Shown here piece after piece: positions 59,063 to 64,000 of a DNA stretch of 64,000 nucleotides. The position numbers were made by a program, and so were the translations under genes. The notes below the pieces were generated by a model, which was not told the origin of the DNA, did no database searches, and saw nothing but the letters and a program-made list of their open reading frames with translations. This stretch comes from a candidate division FCPU426 bacterium (lineage in GTDB: Bacteria; Oederibacteriota; Muellerivitia; Muellerivitales; Muellerivitaceae): the NCBI GenBank assembly GCA_963796105.1, contig CAWCKJ010000014.1, positions 1-64,000 on the forward strand. Direction: 5' to 3'. How positions within the stretch are numbered: the stretch's first letter is position 1; every line of letters begins with the position of its first letter.

Positions 59063-59605
59063 ACATCGCGGGAACGGTCAGCGCCTTTCCTCTCCCCCTG
59101 GCCGGGCCTCCTCCGTCGTCTATCCGGCCAACACAGATGGGGTCGAGGAATCCCGTTTGCTTAAAACCAAACGCCGCACAACCCCAGGCCTCGGTTTTCC
59201 ATAGCCAACACCTCTTTGTGCTCCGTTTGCGCCCCAAGGATTTTGTGAGGGGGCGCACCCGGAGGGTGCTCTCTCCTTTAAACTAATAGCCGGGGTGAAC
59301 TGATGCGAATCGTCGATGTGTTTTGGACCCAAGTCATCAACTACTTGGTTATCATTTGTGAATGCGGTAACCGGTTCAACCATCGAAGCGACCGTTGGAA
59401 AGTTACTTGTACTAAATGCGGCAAGGTGGGGAATTTGGGGATCATAAGGAATGTTTATTTAAAAGAGCATAAGGGTTAGTGCCGCTCTCATTAATGAGAA
59501 CCGCTAAATGGCAAAAATGGAAATATCATTGACAATGTTTCCAATAAGTATTACTTTATAAATAAGTTATACTTTAATTAATAGTTTTACTTTTTGGGGG
59601 GTTTT

Positions 59606-59836
59606 ATGCAGATTACACACGTTTCAGAAAAAGGGCAGGTGGTCATCCCGGTCGAATTCAGGGATAAATACGGAATCAAAAAGGGAACATCCGTCAAATT
59701 TTTTGAGAGAGACGGGGAAATCCGCTTGGTTCCCATGACCAAGGATTTGATTAGGAAAAACTGCGGGATACTCGGGACAAAGGGAAAACTCTTGAAGCTT
59801 TTGGCGGAGGATAAGAAAGCCGAGCGTGAGTTTTGA
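59606..59836 (+). CDS. AbrB/MazE-family antitoxin (VapB-like)
   Basis: VSEKGQVVIPVEFRDKYGIKKG; TTGACA promoter with AAGT..TACTT palindromes upstream. Confidence 0.88.
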   Translation: MQITHVSEKGQVVIPVEFRDKYGIKKGTSVKFFERDGEIRLVPMTKDLIRKNCGILGTKGKLLKLLAEDKKAEREF

Positions 59837-60171
59837 AACATTACGTTCTGGATGCCCATTCGCTCATTGCCTACCTGGAAGGTGAAGAAGGCAAGGAAAC
59901 CGTAATTTCCATTTTAGATGAAGTCGCGGACGGACAGGCCGAGGCTTTTCTTTGTGTCGTGAATTGGGGGGAAGTTTGGTACACGGCTTTCCGGGAGGGT
60001 GGGGAAGAAAGGGCATTTTTGTATCAAAACACGCTTTCGGAATTGGATATCCAGGTTATGGACGTGGATAGGGAATTGACCCTTATTGCGGCGAGATTCA
60101 AAGGATCTCATAAGATGTCATACGCCGACGCTTACGCCGCCGCCACGGCGAAACTTAAAAACGCCCACCTA

Positions 60172-61306
60172 GTGTAGTGCGTCCTAAATAACTTTACTTA
60201 ACAAGAGATCTTGCCTATCATATTTGTAAATGAGGCACGCAGAAGCCATCGCTTTGTCACCGGAGGAACGCTCCACGTTGGATACATGGGCCACGGGGAG
60301 AAAACTTCCCTTCCGGCTAGTCCAACGGGCCCGGATTATTCAAATGGCGGCCAATGGAGTTTTTAGCCAGGAAATCGCCCGAAAATTGAAAATTTCCCGT
60401 CCCACTGTTCAACTGTGGAGGCAGAGGTTTCTGGCCCTACGATTGCCCGGATTGGAGAAGGACGCTCCTCGTCCTGGCCGTATCCCCCGCATTCTTCAGA
60501 AACAAATCTCCGCAGTTATTGAAGCTACCCTTCACACAACCCCTGCCAACGCCACCCACTGGAGCACGCGCAGCATGGCCAAAGCAAAGGGTCTCAGCGA
60601 AGCCACAATCCGAAGAATCTGGAAGCGGCACAACCTAAAACCACACTTAATCGAAACCTTCAAGCTCAGCAAAGACAAGCGGTTCTTAGAAAAGTTCCAC
60701 GATGTGGTGGGGCTTTATTTGAATCCACCCGACAAGGCGTTAGTTCTATGTGTGGACGAAAAGAGCCAGATTCAGGCTTTGGATCGCACTCAACCTATGC
60801 TGCCATTGCGTCCGGGCATTCCAGCCCGTCAAACCCACGACTACAAACGCAACGGGACAACAACTCTGTTTGCCGCTTTAAGTATGTTGGATGGCAAAGT
60901 CATCGGAGATTGTATGCCTCGGCACCGGCATCAGGAATTCATCCGTTTTTTGCAAATCATTGACGTCAAGACACCTTCTGACTTGGCTTTGCATCTGATC
61001 GTGGACAACTACGGGACTCACAAACATCCCAGGGTCCAATCTTGGCTAAAACGCCACCCGCGATTCTGCCTTCACTTCATTCCTACTTCCTCGTCCTGGC
61101 TCAACATGGTGGAGCGTTGGTTCCGCGAAATCACGGACAAACGGATTCGCCGTGGTTCCTTCAATAGCGTGCCGGATTTGATAGAGGCTATCAGGCAGTT
61201 CATTGAAGCCAATAACCAAAAACCGCACGTTTTTATGTGGACGGCTTCGGCAGAAAAAATCTTGGCCAAAATTACCAAATGTAAAGAAGCGTTAGACGCA
61301 CTACAC
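60172..61306 (+). mobile_element. IS630-family insertion sequence
   Basis: TIR GTGTAGTGCGTC/GACGCACTACAC; TA duplication within CTAG. Confidence 0.92.
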
Positions 61307-61309
61307 TAG
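60230..61309 (+). CDS. IS630 transposase
   Basis: VDEKSQIQAL, VDNYGTHK and SSWLNMVERWF motifs. Confidence 0.95.
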   Translation: MRHAEAIALSPEERSTLDTWATGRKLPFRLVQRARIIQMAANGVFSQEIARKLKISRPTVQLWRQRFLALRLPGLEKDAPRPGRIPRILQKQISAVIEATLHTTPANATHWSTRSMAKAKGLSEATIRRIWKRHNLKPHLIETFKLSKDKRFLEKFHDVVGLYLNPPDKALVLCVDEKSQIQALDRTQPMLPLRPGIPARQTHDYKRNGTTTLFAALSMLDGKVIGDCMPRHRHQEFIRFLQIIDVKTPSDLALHLIVDNYGTHKHPRVQSWLKRHPRFCLHFIPTSSSWLNMVERWFREITDKRIRRGSFNSVPDLIEAIRQFIEANNQKPHVFMWTASAEKILAKITKCKEALDALH

Positions 61310-61512
61310 TAACAGGGGACAAGGAATTCAAATCGGTCGATAAAGAAATCAAGGTAAAATGGATTAGATAGTTTTTTTCGATGCGGTGGAGCCATCAGCC
61401 CTTGGGGCAGGAAGCCCTTCTACGTTTCTTGGTTCTCCTTAAATTGATAAAGACCCTTTTTTTCTTGGCAATGTGAAGTATATTTCATATAATGAGTCAT
61501 GAAGGGATTTGA

Positions 61513-61815
61513 ATGAAAATACAGTTGATGCCATTTTTCCAGGACTTCCGGGATTCCATCATGGAGAGCAAAGAACTTGATATTTTTAGGCTTCAGGTTT
61601 TAAGCCTTGCGCACGCGAAAGACCGGACACGGCTTTTCGAAAAAGTCATTAAGGGACAGAAAAGGGTTTTGGTCGTGAATTACTATTTTTCTTTCAAATT
61701 GGACGCACTTTTTGTTTTGACCGCCCACATCACCAGGGCGGGGGAACCCCGTGTAAAGGAAAAAGAGGCGCTTCAAAAATATCTCAATGAAATCAAAGCT
61801 TTGGAGGGGGAATAA
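61513..61815 (+). CDS. RelE/HigB-like toxin (divergent)
   Basis: V.YY...LFVLTA...KEK..L pattern; precedes an HTH antitoxin; TTGGCA-17-TATAAT promoter at 61465-61493. Confidence 0.5.
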   Translation: MKIQLMPFFQDFRDSIMESKELDIFRLQVLSLAHAKDRTRLFEKVIKGQKRVLVVNYYFSFKLDALFVLTAHITRAGEPRVKEKEALQKYLNEIKALEGE

Positions 61816-62154
61816 ATGAAAACACAACTGAAAAAATTTGTTTTGCCGGGTGTTTCGCTGGAAGAAGATATTAAGCGGATTAAGAAAAAAAGGCCTGACC
61901 TTTACGCTTCCATGAAAAATCCAGGTCCCAGGATTTCCCTTGCTTGGAATGTAATCACCTTGCGGAATAAAAAGCAATTTACCCAGGTTGAGTTGGCGGA
62001 AAAGGCGGGGGTTACCAGCAGGACCATCATCAGTATTGAGGATGAGAACGGAACCTATAACCCCACCCTGGACGTGATCGACGGGATCGCCAAGGCCTTT
62101 GGCGTGACTGCTTCCGACCTGATAAGGCCCGTTGACTTAACCGTGAACTTTTAG
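61816..62154 (+). CDS. HigA-like XRE antitoxin, copy 1
   Basis: TQVELAEKAGVTSRTIISIE...NPTLD. Confidence 0.8.
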   Translation: MKTQLKKFVLPGVSLEEDIKRIKKKRPDLYASMKNPGPRISLAWNVITLRNKKQFTQVELAEKAGVTSRTIISIEDENGTYNPTLDVIDGIAKAFGVTASDLIRPVDLTVNF

Positions 62155-62378
62155 AGAATTAATTAAATTCCTAGAAGGGATAAAAACGTAAAAAAAGATA
62201 AAATCAAGGTTGGAAAGTCAGATTTAACTGTAGGTGAGATTGTTGACCGGATAGAGGCCGCTGAAAAGTCCGCAGTTCCAGCATTGTTAGCGCGTGAGAT
62301 TGACGAAAGGGCCGATGCGGTTATGGAAGGAAAGGTTAAGGGGATACCCTGGACCGGAAAAAACTCAAAGAAGTAATT

Positions 62379-62714
62379 ATGAAGAAAAAACCTAAAGAGA
62401 AATTTGTGCCCCATTTTTTAACTGCAACAGAATCTTTGGAACGTATTAAAAAGAACCGGCCTGACCTTTACGCTTCCTTAAAACATCCAAGTCCTCGTGT
62501 TTCACTTGCCTGGAATGTAACCACCTTGCGGAATAAAAAACAATTTTCGCAGGTTGAATTAGCCGAATTGGCGGGTGTTTCCAGGGGGACAATCATAAGC
62601 ATAGAGAATAATAATTATAACCCCACCTTGGACGTGATCGACGGAGTCGCCAAGGCCTTTGGGGTGACGGCTTCCGACCTGATAAGGCCCGTTGACTTAA
62701 CTGTGAACTATTAA
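62379..62714 (+). CDS. HigA-like XRE antitoxin, copy 2
   Basis: Close paralog of 61816-62154. Confidence 0.8.
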   Translation: MKKKPKEKFVPHFLTATESLERIKKNRPDLYASLKHPSPRVSLAWNVTTLRNKKQFSQVELAELAGVSRGTIISIENNNYNPTLDVIDGVAKAFGVTASDLIRPVDLTVNY

Positions 62715-62715
62715 G

Positions 62716-63198
62716 ATGGAAAAATTAAAACTTTACTTAGACACAACCGTTTGGAATTTCGCTTTTGTGGATGATTCGCCGGAGCATCGGAAAGAAACTT
62801 TAGAATTTTTCCAAAAAGCCCGCTTGGGTTTATTCGAGTTGTTCTACTCGGATGCTGTTGAACGGGAAGTTATCGCGGCTCCCCCGCCAAGGCGTCGGCA
62901 AGTAGAAAATTTGTTGGAGGAATTCACACCTAGAAGGCTCGCGTTTCGCGCTGAAATCGATGAATTGGCGAATGAATATTTGCGCCAGGCGGTTTTACCG
63001 AAAAAAAGCGGCTTTGACGCTTTACATGTTGCTTATGCCACGGTTTATGAAATGGATGCCCTTGTAAGTTGGAATTTCAGGCATTTGGCTAACGTGAGTC
63101 GTCGAAACCGGGTTATGGCTTTGAATATTAAAAGGGGATATACTTTTCCTGTCCAGTTGGTAACGCCGTTGGAGGTTTTGGGCGATGAAAAAGATTAA
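62716..63198 (+). CDS. PIN-domain protein
   Basis: LYLDTTV, DALHVA and LVSWNFRHL motifs. Confidence 0.88.
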   Translation: MEKLKLYLDTTVWNFAFVDDSPEHRKETLEFFQKARLGLFELFYSDAVEREVIAAPPPRRRQVENLLEEFTPRRLAFRAEIDELANEYLRQAVLPKKSGFDALHVAYATVYEMDALVSWNFRHLANVSRRNRVMALNIKRGYTFPVQLVTPLEVLGDEKD

Positions 63199-63370
63199 AT
63201 ATAAAGAACCGAAAAGCCTGTTGGAAATTAGGGCGATAAAACGCAAACTCTTCAGGGAAATTGACAGGCTTGGGATAGCGGAATTTCACAAGCGGTCTGA
63301 AATTCTTGGAAAAGACTTGCGGGAACGTATTGAAAAAGCCCGGCAGGAGAAATTGGTCGGGAAAAGATAA
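63185..63370 (+). CDS. small PIN-partner protein (putative antitoxin)
   Basis: Overlaps the PIN stop; EIRAIKRKL motif. Confidence 0.6.
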   Translation: MKKIKYKEPKSLLEIRAIKRKLFREIDRLGIAEFHKRSEILGKDLRERIEKARQEKLVGKR

Positions 63371-63407
63371 GCGACTACGCCCATAACGGGCGAGAAATAA
63401 TAGGCAT

Positions 63408-63450
63408 AAAAAAGCCCGACTCCTTCCGGAACCGGGCTTTTATTATTTTT
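63408..63450. terminator. bidirectional intrinsic terminator
   Basis: AAAAAAGCCCG...CGGGCTTTT between convergent genes. Confidence 0.75.
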
Positions 63451-63861
63451 CTACTTTCTTATTGAATTAGGCTTCCATTCCTTCCTTGGCCACGTTTTCG
63501 CGGTAGTGGGGGATGTCGGCCTGGACGCCGCCGAACTCACCACCGGTTTGACCACTGTGGGCGCCGCAGCTGCAATTGGACTCTCAACCTTCCCAGCCAC
63601 CGTCTTGCGATACTCCACCAGCGCTTGGCTGGTAATCAAATCCCTTAAAGCCTTGTTCAAGTAATAGAAGGGAACAAACCCGACTTCCTTGAACTTCCGT
63701 GACGGCAGATCCACGAAAGTCCCCTTGGAACCCTCGACGATCCTCATTCCCGGAAGGATCACCTCACACCCGGGCTCGAAACCCACCTTAACGGAGAACG
63801 TCCCGGCCTGGTGTCCTTTCTTCAGGATATTCAACTTCACGACTTCGATTTTTGGATTCAT
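63451..63861 (-). CDS. SpoVG-like protein with basic low-complexity tail
   Basis: AGTFSV...I.GMRIVEGSKGTFVDLPSRK. Confidence 0.7.
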   Translation of the reverse strand: MNPKIEVVKLNILKKGHQAGTFSVKVGFEPGCEVILPGMRIVEGSKGTFVDLPSRKFKEVGFVPFYYLNKALRDLITSQALVEYRKTVAGKVESPIAAAAPTVVKPVVSSAASRPTSPTTAKTWPRKEWKPNSIRK

Positions 63862-64000
63862 TCGAATCCTCCTCATTTTTATTTTGTGGGTTGCGCGCCT
63901 TTTTACCGCGCCCCCCGCACAAACCGTGGGGGGGCGCGAGTAAAAAGGTAAATGCCTTTTGCGGAAGGGAAGTAGCTTCAGCGGATTCCCTGGAGCGATT

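Larger units (their letters stand above)
59833..61371 (+). pseudogene. vapC: VapC PIN toxin interrupted by IS630
   Basis: YVLDA...SYADAYA; reading frame resumes after the IS as LVTGDKEFK...WIR*. Confidence 0.88.

Noticed and set aside
58426..59286. 286-aa ORF
   Set aside because: Starts inside a repeat element, Pro/Arg/Ser-rich, no RBS or domain; likely a by-product of GC-rich hairpins
58186..59290. Group II intron (GTGCGCCC on the minus strand near 59258; AGCCG..CGGTTC near 58725)
   Set aside because: No canonical domain V/VI at the right position or strand, no RT, and no interrupted gene
1..64000. tRNA, rRNA, integrase or phage structural genes
   Set aside because: None recognised; element boundaries and plasmid versus ICE status cannot be fixed from this window

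Overview
The window looks like most of a conjugative plasmid or ICE from a diderm bacterium. The backbone has two parts. One is a rep-parA-parB-coupling protein-relaxase operon (50.1-56.5 kb) followed by a hairpin-rich candidate oriT. The other is a compact VirB2/B6/B3/B4/B8-like T4SS operon (18.9-26.0 kb) that ends in a TPR-GGDEF diguanylate cyclase. The rest is mosaic cargo: AbiE, many toxin-antitoxin pairs (several toxins broken), two DUF3800 loci, four PilZ proteins, HPr, ACP, ferredoxins, an S1/P1 nuclease, a disrupted nuclease-NACHT gene, a truncated umuC, and IS3, IS630 and IS200 elements plus MITEs. The most striking unexplained signal is a family of about 12 two-hairpin elements of 66-72 bp, all on the + strand. 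They show compensatory base changes, nest inside the CTTG loops of each other and of a second hairpin family, and sit in-frame in the same reading frame inside protein-coding genes. Also notable are convergent small-RNA transcription units behind both DUF3800 loci, a repeated three-gene module with a double-HTH protein, and two dif-like sites. All product calls come from motif recognition by eye; no searches were run.
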